A DNA stretch of 36,331 nucleotides from Collodictyon triciliatum (Eukaryota): contig JBHJMP010001117.1 in NCBI GenBank assembly GCA_043381765.1, positions 1 through 36,331 of the forward strand, read 5' to 3'. This document shows, one piece after another, positions 12,539-25,578 of this stretch. The notes beneath the pieces are model-generated. The model searched no databases. It worked only from the letters and a program-made list of their open reading frames with translations, and was not told the DNA's origin. The position numbers and the translations under genes are program-made. Positions within the stretch are counted from its first letter, which is position 1. Every line of letters begins with the position of its first letter.

Positions 12539-14589
12539 NNNNNNNNNNNNNNNNNNNNNNNNNNNNNNNNNNNNNNNNNNNNNNNNNNNNNNNNNNNNNN
12601 NNNNNNNNNNNNNNNNNNNNNNNNNNNNNNNNNNNNNNNNNNNNNNNNNNNNNNNNNNNNNNNNNNNNNNNNNNNNNNNNNNNNNNNNNNNNNNNNNNNN
12701 NNNNNNNNNNNNNNNNNNNNNNNNNNNNNNNNNNNNNNNNNNNNNNNNNNNNNNNNNNNNNNNNNNNNNNNNNNNNNNNNNNNNNNNNNNNNNNNNNNNN
12801 NNNNNNNNNNNNNNNNNNNNNNNNNNNNNNNNNNNNNNNNNNNNNNNNNNNNNNNNNNNNNNNNNNNNNNNNNNNNNNNNNNNNNNNNNNNNNNNNNNNN
12901 NNNNNNNNNNNNNNNNNNNNNNNNNNNNNNNNNNNNNNNNNNNNNNNNNNNNNNTTTTTTTTTTGCGTGATGCTTTGTTAGACTGCTGACTTGACGTTAG
13001 CAAGAGGGACATGCTCACACCTTAGAAATCAGCAAGCAGTAACAAGACGACACGTCTCAACCAGTTCTAAAATCAGTCACAAGAAATCGCAACCACCAAC
13101 ATCCAAGGTTTTCTTCCTGGCGCCTCATTTCATTACCAAACATCGATTTTTTGTCTGAATATTCCATAGTAGCGATGTTCTATTCCATTATTGCCACATT
13201 GATATGATTATTGAAATTTATGAATCATCGTCTTATCTTAAACCATTCCCTTCTTTAGACTTCCAGAGAAATAATCAGTTCCAGTAATGAGACATTAGGA
13301 TGTTCCTTGAATGACAATCAAATGTAATTGAAATCAGTGTCCATTTAATTGCTAGAATTTCGGATTCTTTTTTTTTATTCTCTACCTAGTCACATTTTCT
13401 GATACCACAATTTATTTTAAAAAGGATGTGAATGAAAAACTGTCAGGCAAATAAGCTCATAGCAGTCGATAAAAATTGTTTTCGTTTCCATAGTAGTTCG
13501 GAAGACTCTATTCCCTCTGAGAGCAACAAGTTGCAGAATACTTCGAAGTCGTCGACCAAGTCAGAGGTATTTTTTTTCTGTAATCAACCCCGACTTATTT
13601 CCTGCATTTTTGGTTACTTGGAAAGGTTGACAACCGCTTGAAATATGCTGAATATTAGAGCTACAATACATGTCTATTATTTTCAATGAAAAATTCGTCA
13701 GAATGACAGATTTCATCAACAACACATAGAAAACATCACAAAGTCACTCGAGCATTACACAACCAGCTCCCTTTGACTTCGAAGTTGATAGACGAGGACA
13801 AAAGGCAGAGGTCAGATTATTTGAAAAGATAGAGACAGAGCATATCAAACTCTATGAAAGATCTAAATTCCGTGCGCGTCCTAACCTATCGTAAGTCAGT
13901 AGTGAAAATGATGTAAATTACCTCCTTTACACTCTTTTTCTCTCAAAGTCAAATACAGTATATATCTCGGCACTGACAAGCGACCAGAGAAGCTCTATTC
14001 ATCCGCGGAATAGTTTGCTTTATGCACGTTTTGCTCACATTCATTATTTTCATTCCCAGTGCAATCAGGCGTCCATTTAGAATTCAAAAATCAACCAAGC
14101 CAGCAACGAAAAGCAAGCCTGTACACTTACTCACAGAAGAAAGAAACGTAGAGAGGGCTCATTTTAAAGATGCAACTCTAAGAAGACAAGGCGAAGCTGA
14201 ACAAAGGAAACAAATCATGGAATTCCAAGAGGCCGTAAGAGATTCCACATGTCTATTAATGAATCGAAGTCGTCAGAGAAAGCTCTTCTGTATGCGCGTT
14301 TTTCACTTGACCGCCTCGTGAGAACGAAGCAGTGTGTTTTGAACGGCATACTCATCTATACATACCTTTACCACCCACTTCACAGGAACGAAGTAAATTG
14401 GAGGAAAAAGAGCTGCGACAACGCCTGATTCCTAAAGCTCGTCCTTTCAGAAAGGTAGTCCCGTTCCGTGTGCAACCATCCAATATTTCGCCAACTGTAC
14501 CATCATCCCCATTGCTTCGCACTAAAACTCGAGTTTGTAAGAAACTCGAACACGGGGCCTTGAAAACCTCGACATCCGAAGCCAAATAA
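10944..14589 (+). CDS. TPX2: TPX2 spindle assembly factor (spans N-gap 12539-12954)
   Basis: Exon 1 encodes KFEFSAPQFRDFNRSLDSEGNPDSWF, matching the two-part Aurora-A-binding motif of TPX2. Late exons encode TPX2 repeats and C-terminus: ITQPAPFDF, SKFRARP, TKSKPVHLLTEER, ELRQRLIPKARPF...PTVPSSPLLRT. Stop TAA ends at 14589. The Ser-rich middle exons are less certain. Confidence 0.88.
12447..12538. repeat. (TAT)n microsatellite running into an assembly gap, within a TPX2 intron
   Basis: Directly visible. Confidence 0.95.
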
Positions 14590-15262
14590 GTGACCTTTAT
14601 GCTCCATCGACCTTCCTCGCTTCTTTTCTTTCTTCATTATTTCTTTATTTTTCGCTCTCCGATAGAGCCATCGCACGAGCCATATCCAAAAAAAAAAAAA
14701 AAAATGAAGCGAGGGAAAAAATAAATGAAACCAAAAAAAAAAAAAAAAGACCTTAAAAAAGGTGTAGTGTGGTTCCATTCAACTCGTTTGTTGCATTTCT
14801 TTATTTACGTCACAACCTCCTTTGGACTTTATCCTATGACTACTGCACGCGATGCATAAGCGCCGAGCCAAGGATCAACAAAACTTATTGCCTTGCCTTG
14901 TTGTATGTCTGCCGGGCGTTTGTATGTGGTTTCGCTCTGCAGCCAGAAGCTCACGTTTTTTTTCTTTCTTGTTCGGTTTTGTTTTTACTGGGCAACATCG
15001 CCGAATCCGCACAAGCAGGTTCTGAGCCAAGAATACGGAAAGCAGCGTGTTCAAGAATCTTTCGACGGGTGAGGTAGCTGTGCCAAGTGCGACAAAGCAG
15101 ACGAACAGGTGCCACAATAACAAATAAAATAAAATAAATAAATAAATAAAAGGCAAATACAATACGTAACAAAGTTACATATAAGTCACTTTTAAAAAAT
15201 TAATAGCACGAAAATAAAATATTTAGAAAAGTGTCAATTATAATGTATAGAAGGTGACTCAA

Positions 15263-17660
15263 ATGTGGGCTGCACGCGTTGCTCGCCCACTTGTTCACGG
15301 TGGAATCCGATGCTTCTCATACATATCACCGCCTCCTATTTTCCCGTCATCAACACCCCCAGCGCTATCCAAGGTTACTCCCACAATATCCTTTTCTTTT
15401 CTTTTCTTTTCTTTTCTTTTCTTTTCTTTTCTTTTCTTTTCTTTTCTTTTCTTTTCTTTTTTTTTATCTATCCTTTTCTTTTCTTTTCTTTTCTTTTCTT
15501 TTCTTATCTTATCTTATCTTATCTTTTCCTTTCTTTTCTTTTCCTTTCTTTTCTTTTCCTTTCTTTTCTTTTCCTTTCTTTGCATATTTTTCTCATTCCA
15601 GTAATTGGTTAAGCTGACTCGACTATAGTTTTTCAAGAGAGTGACGCTTGCAGGGAGTGTCGCTTTTGCTGGTTTCTGCGTCGCTTCGTATGCAAAAGGA
15701 TACGACATTCAGACTTCATTTTCGCTTTTGCGCCGTCAAGCAAGAGTTGGAGTCGCCGTGAGTCATATTTATTGCATATTCCTTTCCATGGCGAATATCG
15801 ATATATGCGCGGTAATATACGACATTTTTTATGTCAAAATCACACTCCTTTATCGATTAGCACGTATCCGAAATTATACTGATAGATACTATTACTTTTA
15901 TATTCATATTCTTTCAGGATAAAAAGTGCTTGAATTTTGAAACCTTTTGACTATTGATATTTACATAAATCTTTTGTTTTCTGTCTGGGTTTAGGTGACA
16001 AAGATGACAGTAGCTTATCAATATGCGCTGTGGAAAGCTACACTCGTAACTGCGATAGAGGCAGAGAATATTCTGCAGCAGGTATTGAATTACGATGTGT
16101 TGTGGATAATTCCCCCCCCCCCNNNNNNNNNNNNNNNNNNNNNNNNNNNNNNNNNNNNNNNNNNNNNNNNNNNNNNNNNNNNNNNNNNNNNNNNNNNNNN
16201 NNNNNNNNNNNNNNNNNNNNNNNNNNNNNNNNNTTATTGGTGAGCTGTGCAAATATAACTATCTATATTCTCTTTTAATATAGTGAGTGTTTCAACACCT
16301 TTCATCCAAACACACAGACCCATCTCTATGCCGCGCAAGTTCTCTTGGACATGTGTCTCGAAAATAGAGGTGTTTTCATCAAATTGGGACAATATATCGC
16401 GTGCCAAACTCTTTTATTGCCACCGGAGTATACAGATACGTTGTTGCAGCTCCAAGACAGAGTAACTCATTAAAATTATCATCTTACAATCGAACAGCCT
16501 CGTGGTAACACGAAGAAAAGAAACAAGCATATCCCAACTTAACACCTGTCTTGTATATTTAAATTTAAAAGAGGCAAAAGTAACAAACTATTTCATTTCA
16601 TACGTAGGTTCCACCACGTCCATGGAAAGAGATGAAGCAAACCTTGGAAAAGGAATTTGGAACTGATTATATGAAGACGAAGTATTTCCCGACCAAATTC
16701 TAATTTTCTCGACAAATCTAATTAACCTTAGTCCCTTTAATTCGATGTGTATTAGCCATGCATTATGACAGTATGGCAACTGGTTTGTAGGTTCTCATCT
16801 ATAAATGAAGAATCAGTTGCGGCAGGTAGTCTTGCACAGGTCCACCGAGGGCGTACGATAGATGGACGTGATGTTGCAATTAAAGTATTAAAAAAAAATT
16901 GAATTGCGACATGTCACAATTATCAACGCACGTTTAGATTTTTTTTGAGTTTTCTTCATCATTACGCATAAAATGACTTTTTTGTACATTGCGTAATTTT
17001 TGTTTTAACCAAGATTCAATACGATGACATTCGCCAAACTCTGGATCTGGACATGCATATGATTGAGTTTTTTGTACACTCATCTGCCGAGGTATGATTC
17101 TTACTCTTGTACGTACCATTTAGCAATCATAACAAATACATAAATAATAAATAAATCGTTTATAAAAAATAAAGAAATTTCCTGACTTCAACTTCCAATG
17201 GCTACTAAACGAGTTTGAAAGTGATGTTCCTCAAGAGATCGGTGACATATAGATATCATCTATTCCCGTTTATATCTGACTTGAAATAATTTAGAGAATA
17301 CAATACTTTAAATTTTGAAAAAATCATAATATTAGTTTTTAATTTTTCCCAATGGAAATCATGAAATAGACTTTATCAATGAAGGGCGAAATGGGGAAAA
17401 GTTGGCGCATTTGTTTGCCTCAGACGAACGCTTGAAAATCCCTGACATAATATGGGTAATTTTTTCCGTCACTTTGGGCTATTCTCTCTTATAGGAGTTT
17501 CCGCTCCATCGAGTGTGATTATAGACGAAACGTTGCCTTAATTACATGGATATAGGATTGCACAACAACTCGTATCCTTACAATGGAATTTATCGGAGGC
17601 GAAGTATGCAAACTCACTGACAGAGATGGTATTCTAGGTCTAGGATTCAACGAGGCAGAT
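15263..17660 (+). CDS. ADCK1: ABC1/AarF/UbiB-family atypical kinase, ADCK1/Mcp2-like, probably mitochondrial; 3' half missing at the gap
   Basis: Ten phase-compatible exons. Arg-rich, acid-free N-terminus MWAARVARPLVHGGIRCFS. ABC1 motifs: CLENRGVFIKLGQYIA (KxGQ), LLPPEYTDTL.QLQD, VAAGSLAQVHRG, DVAIKIQY, WLLNEF...EIDFINEGRN, LKIPDIIW, RILTMEFIGG. The catalytic-loop (DPHPGN) and DFG-type exons are not present. Confidence 0.92.
15391..15580. repeat. (CTTTT)n microsatellite in ADCK1 intron 1
   Basis: Directly visible. Confidence 0.95.
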
Positions 17661-18080
17661 GTCAGTGATGATACAACATCACATTCTTTTCTCTCAAATT
17701 TTAATCACTTGACCTATTAGCGAATGGTTAAGGCCCATTTTCACATTCGAAACATCTACTGGTTTTACCCTTTCTTTTTNNNNNNNNNNNNNNNNNNNNN
17801 NNNNNNNNNNNNNNNNNNNNNNNNNNNNNNNNNNNNNNNNNNNNNNNNNNNNNNNNNNNNNNNNNNNNNNNNNNNNNNNNNNNNNNNNNNNNNNNNNNNN
17901 NNNNNNNNNNNNNNNNNNNNNNNNNNNNNNNNNNNNNNNNNNNNNNNNNNNNNNNNNNNNNNNNNNNNNNNNNNNNNNNNNNNNNNNNNNNNNNTCTCTC
18001 TCTTTAACCCAGTTTTTTAATCGATCTCTTCTGGATTACTTGTCTGATATTCATAAACATGGAATTTACTTACTGAATAG

Positions 18081-18468
18081 AATGATTGTAACGTTGGATA
18101 TGCGTTCATCAACTTCATAACGCCGGAGACTATCCCACAATTCTTTGAAAGTTTTTCCATGAAAAGATGGGAAAAGTTCAACAGTGACAAGATTATCGAG
18201 ATAACCTACGCCCGAATCCAAGGAAAAGTATGGATTCCACAAAATACATTACTACATAATATAATTTCTTGTATTTTTTTCTCAAACAATCAGAAAAGAA
18301 GGAAGAAATAAGTGTAAAAAGTAAAAATAAGAACATACCAAGCTGAAATGTAGAATTTGATGAGAATCGGTCTTCCGACTAAGTTGGCCTTTTCCTTTCA
18401 CGCAGATGCAACTTGTCATGCATTTCCAAAACTCGACCATTTTGACGGAGGATAAAAAATGCCGCCCG
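18081..18468 (+). CDS. Mei2-like RNA-binding protein, C-terminal RRM3 (RRM_2) fragment; two exons between gaps
   Basis: Exon 18081-18227 encodes NDCNVGYAFINFITPETIPQFFESFSMKRWEKFNSDKIIEITYARIQGK. Exon 18406-18468 encodes MQLVMHFQNSTILTEDKKCRP. These match the diagnostic Mei2/AML RRM3 motifs CNVGYAFINF, FNSxK, YARIQG and HFQNS...DKxCRP. The first exon is not in the ORF track. Confidence 0.93.
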
Positions 18469-19060
18469 GNNNNNNNNNNNNNNNNNNNNNNNNNNNNNNN
18501 NNNNNNNNNNNNNNNNNNNNNNNNNNNNNNNNNNNNNNNNNNNNNNNNNNNNNNNNNNNNNNNNNNNNNNNNNNNNNNNNNNNNNNNNNNNNNNNNNNNN
18601 NNNNNNNNNNNNNNNNNNNNNNNNNNNNNNNNNNNNNNNNNNNNNNNNNNNNNNNNNNNNNNNNNNNNNNNNNNNNNNNNNNNNNNNNNNNNNNNNNNNN
18701 NNNNNNNNNNNNNNNNNNNNNNNNNNNNNNNNNNNNNNNNNNNNNNNNNNNNNNNNNNNNNNNNNNNNNNNNNNNNNNNNNNNNNNNNNNNNNNNNNNNN
18801 NNNNNNNNNNNNNNNNNNNNNNNNNNNNNNNNNNNNNNNNNNNNNNNNNNNNNNNNNNNNNNNNNNNNNNNNNNNNNNNNNNNNNNNNNNNNNNNNNNNN
18901 NNNNNNNNNNNNNNNNNNNNNNNNNNNNNNNNNNNNNNNNNNNNNNNNNNNNNNNNNNNNNNNNNNNNNNNNNNNNNNNNNNNNNNNNNNNNNNNNNNNN
19001 NNNNNNNNNNNNNNNNNNNNNNNNNNNNNNNNNNNNNNNNNNNNNNNNNNNNNNNNNNNN

Positions 19061-19692
19061 AGGCGATTTCTCGGATCAAATGTAAGCGCGTCGTGAAACA
19101 GAGCAGAAAACGGAAGGAGAAGGAGTCTAAGGAAACTGTTTTTAATTCTCCTTGGGGGAAAAAAAAACATGTCTATTTGCAACTCCTTCGTCAGTTTCGA
19201 AGCCTTAGTTTATTCGCCACTGCAACAGCGATTCTCATCGGATTTTTTCCCCCTTACTTAAAAATCATGCGGTCGAAATAACATCACAGAAAAAAAAACA
19301 ACTCCAAATCACTGATTTGTTCCCTCTACAGTCCTTTCTCTCTCCACTATTCCATTTTCTTGCAACACAGGGCAAGACGAAAAGAAGAGGCAAAGAGAAC
19401 GAGAATCTGCAACCTCCACGAAAACACGATTCTTTTGCACTCTTTCTTTTACAGACGAAATAAACCCGCATTTCCGCCGACAAGAGACGAGGACGTCGGC
19501 AGGGTGATTCTTCTCTATTCCACGGAGCTGCGCTCACAGAGAGCAAAAGGCTTTTGTGATGGACTCGTCACGAAGAGGCAGAGGCAGAGGCAGAAAAGCC
19601 GAGCAGCGACCGATGACGGAGGCAAAGTCTCTTTGGACTTATCTCGTAGTCCTGTGTCTGCGTCTGATACGCTGTTTCCAGTATCTGCATGA
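19061..19692 (+). CDS. Possible terminal exons of a + strand gene (parent unknown; could be the Mei2-like gene)
   Basis: Donor GTAAGC at 19082 and acceptor ...ACACAG at 19370 join in frame (GDFSDQM-ARRKEEAKR...PVSA*). No recognisable domain. Confidence 0.3.
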
Positions 19693-20147
19693 ATCAAAGG
19701 CATGGTTAGGTTATTTTATTTTGAATGTGCTTTAGCATATAATTTATTTCAGTCTAATCGCGGCATTAGTATCGGTAGCAGTTTTTTTTTCTTTTCAAAG
19801 GAGAAAATAATTGAACAAGAACAGTTTCATTAATGGAATGATTGCGTTTGTAAATGCAAATGGTTCATGGGTTTCTTCTTTCTCTTTGAGCGATGAAACT
19901 TAAATTATATGTGGTTTTGTTATGTTTTGTTTTGTGTAGAGAAAATGGCATGATTCAAGGATTGTAAATAGTGTGATTTCCAGAGATATTACTCTCCACA
20001 ACTTCTCCTGACCAAATCATTTATTGTCATCATCATGTTAGTATTATGATATTAAAAAAAATAAAGGATAAAAATCGTGATAATCACAACCCCAACCCTT
20101 CTTTCCCTGAATTAGTTTGTACTGTGCGGTAGCAGCCACACACAATT

Positions 20148-23100
20148 TTAAATCATATATGCAGGCAGATAAAATCCTACGTGCTGCCTCATTTCCTGCC
20201 TCTCGAAGGCGCCCGAAAGCAAACTGCGCAGCCGAAAAAGAGCAGCCTGAGCGTTGGACTCTTGCAGGAAGGACTGCACAAGGCTCTGCGTGTGCGAGTC
20301 CAACATGCAGAACCAAACAACAGCAGAGCCCGGCGCGTCTGGGGCTTCCTCGCCCGCCATCGCGATTCCGCGGCCTTCGGAGTCGAGGCAAAGTCCCTTC
20401 AGAACAGCAGACCTGATTTGCTCCCGCCGAGACTCGCGGGCGTTGCGGTTGAAGATGAGGGAGAGCAGCATGTTGTGGAGGTTCACAAGCTTGTATGATG
20501 AGTCTCCCGTCCGGCAGAGAATCTATTCGCAGGTGTGGTTTCGGGCACGGAGGAAAGGCCGCGGTTGGTGGAAGTGTGAGAAGATGAGTCAGCAGTCGAT
20601 GCGGGGATGGGAGGCCGGTTCGGTGTGAGTTTGGAGGGTGGCGGATATTCTTTTCTTGAGCGGGGTGAAGATTGGCATATACGCATATAATATATCGGGG
20701 CAAAGCTGAGCAAGTGTTGGTGGGAGGGTGCGTTTGGGACGATTTCTTGGATTATATTGTCTTCTTATCCTTTGTTTTTATTTTTCTTTAACTTTGCTTT
20801 ATCTTTTCTTTTTTCTTTCTTTTTGCATTTCTCTCTACTTTTTTTCTTTCTTTTTAATGTATAGGTCTTTTGTATGCTCTTTTTTTTCCCTTCTTTTTGT
20901 TTCATTCTGTTGTAGGAAACTGGAGCCTTGATGAAATACCTTTGGTAACTGGAATTCTTTTTTGGAGGAATCACCGGCCTACGGCGTAATCATTTAAAAG
21001 TTGACTTATTTAAGGACAACATCGTCTTATAATTTATTTACTTTTTATTAAAAATGCGACGTCGTAGATACTATAAAATGATTATTTTTTTAAAAAGAAT
21101 CATGATAAATACAAAACATGAATAAGTAAATAATTAGTTAGCACAGACTTTGTTGTGTGGAAAAGGAATGTAGATGAAAGGAAACCGATTTGGGCCCGCT
21201 TGCGGCTTTGGCAGACTCCTCCTTGTGCCCTTCTTGTTCGAGTAGACCGGAGAAATACTAACAAACGTTTTCATGAAATGGATACTCATGCACTAATAGT
21301 GTTGCCGAAAGCCCGAATCCCTTTGAGTGTGCTTCAAGATTGCAGGCTTTGACGGCCAAAAAAATCAGGAGAGGAATAAAGAATCAACCTTTGGATTTGT
21401 ATCTCTGGTGTGCATCGACATGGCAAAAAGGACGGTGCCGAAAGAGTTTGTTTTCATTAGATTTTTTGCCTTGGTTCGAACGAATGTCTCCAGATCTTTG
21501 GGACTCAGTCTTTTGATAAGCAATAAAAGATTAATTCCAAGAAACCGCCGATACTTGCTAATCATCACGAAAGAGGGCGCGCATGCAGAAATAAAACAAA
21601 TGAAAACAAACAAATGAAAACAAACAAACAAACAAAAAAAAAACCAGAATACAAACAAACAATAGTGTATTTTTTTTTTCGTGAGTTGAATTAAAAGATA
21701 CATCAACATCCTTTGCATGGAAAATTCGAGAGAATATAATCTTACAATAATGTGATATACAACAGAATCTGAACATATCTGCCATCATCATTAACAAAAA
21801 GATGCTCCAAGAAAGCACCTCTATCATCCACAAGTTTTGTGATTACGTCTATTCCAAATATAAAGCCATGGAATGAACCGATATATCCATAACAAAGGTA
21901 CTTTATTCAATAATGCGGAGCTGCTTACTAATTAAAAAAATAAGAAAGAAAGAAAGAAATTTTCAAAGGATTTTCTTAAACACATGGTAATACCTGAGTA
22001 AACAAGCAATACATTGAAAGGAAGCTGCAAAATGGAGGGGTCTGACCTTCAAGTAGTTTTAGAGAGAAATATAATCAATAAATAATTTATGAGTCGCATA
22101 CTTATTTTGTATTTCATTCGCTGACCTGTACAGGCGATTCAAACATACATAGCTGATATCAGCATAGTCCAAAGGTGTTTTTACGGTGAGCATAAGGATC
22201 TGTCGTGATTGTTGTGAGTCTAGAATGAATTTTGCATTACAATAGCCTAAAATTGAATGTAGTGTATATACGCTCCCCGACAAAGTGAAATGCATGTAAA
22301 TAATACCAAAAATTGATGCGAAAATTGACACATAAATATGCAAACCCCTTTGCATATCGTATATACATCGTCCGCATTTATTTTCACTGGTTCATTTTCC
22401 TCGTCAATGTGTTGGATATTTAAAGTCTTTTCAAACATCCGAGAAACCTACATAAACAGTCATTTTAAGACAAGTTAATTCTATCGGATATTCCCCCAGG
22501 AGAAGGATATATAAGTGTATATCATTTTTATGACGCAAGTGCATATCACGCCTTAAACGATGTTTTTATGTATCAATTTAGCGATTTCATAAAATAAAAA
22601 AAGTTTCGTGTATACTTGATAGTTCATGTCATGCGAATATTGTGTATACTTTTTTTTTAAAATCCATTAAGACTATTAACAAATTTATTCGCCAATCAAA
22701 TTTTTTTTTGTCTTTTTATCTTATGTATCAATACACACTTTTTTATGATAATCATCATAATAATCATGATAAAATGCATACTTGCGCATTTTCGAGCTTC
22801 AGTCGGGCTGCATACACAAGAGTCTCCTTTCCAAAGTCATCTTTTTTTGCAGTGGATGCAAACGCCTTCAAAAGCACACGAAGGACAGACGAAAATGCCG
22901 GTGGTTCTGCGTTTATTGCCGAGTCAGCCTGTTTTGAAAGGGAGTCGCATGCTTTGGCAGGGAACCGAACAGACCAATCAGAAAGGAGAATCTTCTCAGA
23001 CAGAGGCTCTGTTGAAACCCTTTTGTCAAGCACTTTGACAAGCGTGCGGTTTCTGTGTTTGTGTAAGCATCGTGGAAAAAAAAAATTAGTCTTTGATTTC

Positions 23101-23488
23101 TTTCTTGTATCTTTTCGCGTTTGTGTTTTCATGATTTTTCATGCTGTGATACATTCCGGTGTCTTATTGGTAACAAAATGAGGGAGAAAAACGAATAAAT
23201 AATCAATCATCAATCATCAATCATCAATCATCAATCATCAATCATCAATCATCAATCATTAACCATTAACCATTAACCATTAACCATTAACCATTAATCA
23301 ACAATCATCAATCATCAATCATCAATCATCAATCATCAATCATCAATCATACATAATAAATCGATTATGCTTAGCTTACTCTGGGTTAAGAAAGCATTGG
23401 CGAAGGTGCTGACCAAAGTCTGCTGGAACAGAGACCGACTTTGTCCTTTTCGCTGCGGATATTACGTCGGCCTCAGGATTCGACGCCT
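20148..23488 (-). CDS. Hypothetical protein, at least 10 exons, 5' end lost in the gap
   Basis: Stop-free, phase-compatible GT-AG chain: ASNPEADV...FLNPE | NRTLVKV...LENAQ | VSRMFEK...ICKG | ILMLTVK...RLYR | SDPSILQ...VYS | DVITKLV...ITLF | KYRRFLG...TNPK | YFSGLLE...GPKS | AGDSSKKEFQLPK | ILCRTGD...LPAYMI*. Family not recognised. Confidence 0.75.
23201..23350. repeat. 7-mer tandem repeat (AATCATC)n with an internal (AACCATT)n variant block, intronic
   Basis: Directly visible. Confidence 0.9.
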
Positions 23489-24040
23489 NNNNNNNNNNNN
23501 NNNNNNNNNNNNNNNNNNNNNNNNNNNNNNNNNNNNNNNNNNNNNNNNNNNNNNNNNNNNNNNNNNNNNNNNNNNNNNNNNNNNNNNNNNNNNNNNNNNN
23601 NNNNNNNNNNNNNNNNNNNNNNNNNNNNNNNNNNNNNNNNNNNNNNNNNNNNNNNNNNNNNNNNNNNNNNNNNNNNNNNNNNNNNNNNNNNNNNNNNNNN
23701 NNNNNNNNNNNNNNNNNNNNNNNNNNNNNNNNNNNNNNNNNNNNNNNNNNNNNNNNNNNNNNNNNNNNNNNNNNNNNNNNNNNNNNNNNNNNNNNNNNNN
23801 NNNNNNNNNNNNNNNNNNNNNNNNNNNNNNNNNNNNNNNNNNNNNNNNNNNNNNNNNNNNNNNNNNNNNNNNNNNNNNNNNNNNNNNNNNNNNNNNNNNN
23901 NNNNNNNNNNNNNNNNNNNNNNNNNNNNNNNNNNNNNNNNNNNNNNNNNNNNNNNNNNNNNNNNNNNNNNNNNNNNNNNNNNNNNNNNNNNNNNNNNNNN
24001 NNNNNNNNNNNNNNNNNNNNNNNNNNNNNNNNNNNNNNNN

Positions 24041-24046
24041 AAAAAA

Positions 24047-24090
<44 letters not shown>

Positions 24091-24128
24091 AAAAAAAAAC
24101 AAAAAAAAACAAAAAAAAACAAAAAACA
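24041..24128. repeat. Poly(A)/A-rich tract bordering a gap
   Basis: Directly visible. Confidence 0.9.
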
Positions 24129-25578
24129 AGAGAACCGCTCTATGCAGTCGGAATTGCCTACCCGATTTACCCTTTTTTTTCGCATGAAAACTATATCATG
24201 GGCCAAACAGAAGAAATCAGACATGCAAGGGTGAATTCTGTGTGATGGAAGCGAAAGTCTTTTGTATCACTTGAAGTGAATGAATGTCGTAACCATTTAC
24301 TAAGAGACAAACAGTGACATTAAAAGTTTGAATGGTGAGCATAGCCTCGATAATATCGCGCATTAAATTTGTTATTTTAATGTTTGGATTACATAGATAG
24401 CAAGCACACTGTTATGTTAATGCTTGTGATTCAGTATTATCATATTTTGTACTTTTTTTTGTTTTGTTTTGCATGATTCAGTGGCTGATACAAGGTAGGA
24501 TTCTTATGCGCATAATTTCATGCCATGGAGGGAATCGATTTTCAAGAGAAGTTAAAAGAGCCCTCGGATGAGAGCGTCAAATCATCAAATCAACTCGATT
24601 ATAGCTCACTCTAAATACGATTATTATTCTTTTGGGACGCGTATATGTATGAAGCTTGCGTCAATACCTCGCTTCATAAATTATCATCGGGAGACCTTTT
24701 ATTTTTTTTTTTTTTCTTTACAGCATGGAAACAAAAAAAAATGTAAGGCTATTTTTGAATTATTATTTTTATATCTTAGTGTAAACAGTTCTTCTGAAAC
24801 TAAAATGTTAAATTTCTGTCTCAGATCAGGACTTTTCGCTTACATTATAAGACAAAAAAATCATAGTACTTTATTAAAATATTCGGAAATCATCCTTCAA
24901 CATCGCCTGAAAACCTTTTTTTCTTTATCACGTTTATAAGATGTTTGGGCTAAGTGTTTAGCCATCTGAATGGAATGCATAACACTATTAACTCCAACAA
25001 GCCTATGATTACCACGAAAATCTGAAAATGTAGGGAAATATAGTTTTTACAAGAAAGAAAAAAAATATGATAAACAGCGTTTCTTCTGCCTGATTTATTC
25101 ATTATTTTTTTTTACCCATTTTATGAATTTCCAATAATAAGAAAACAAACTCTTTTATGTGGAATGGAGATTGTAATCAACAGGGCACTTACAAAAGATT
25201 CAATATTTTCATGTTCAAAGAATGTAGCTTTATTATTATAGATGAAAAAGAATGTTGATTATGAATCAATACTAAAGGTAAATAAAGAGGATATATCAAG
25301 TAAAATATATCCCAAAAGTGTAGCAGGGTAAGTTTGATGCATCTAAGACACATCTATTTCACCACCGCATAAGATATGTCCTCTATACGAACTGTAACCC
25401 AGTATAGCTACATTCCCAAATCCACATCCTTTTTTTTCGTCGACAATCAATAGCAATATGAATCACTTTGTCCTACTTTCTGTAGTGGTGTTGTTTATGA
25501 ATTATATCCAAATAATGAAGGTGGACACAACACCAAATCTATAACCATGGAGACTTGACAAGATAATGGCACTTCTAA

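Noticed and set aside
12384-13018. Long ORFs spanning N-runs (also 15914-16278, 17724-19281, 23367-24245)
   Set aside because: Artefacts of assembly gaps and adjacent simple repeats.
15386-15396. ATATCCTTT U12-like motif in ADCK1 intron 1 (similar GTATCCTTA at 17572)
   Set aside because: A normal GT donor at 15374 already gives the right frame, and the 17572 copy lies inside a conserved exon (RILTMEF). These show such motifs occur by chance.
20044-20713. Several overlapping ORFs on both strands
   Set aside because: Shadows of the GC-rich terminal exon (about 20523-20148) of the minus-strand hypothetical gene.
23258-23297. (AACCATT)n as a possible interstitial telomeric repeat
   Set aside because: It is a variant block within the (AATCATC)n intronic array and lacks a typical GGG telomere motif.
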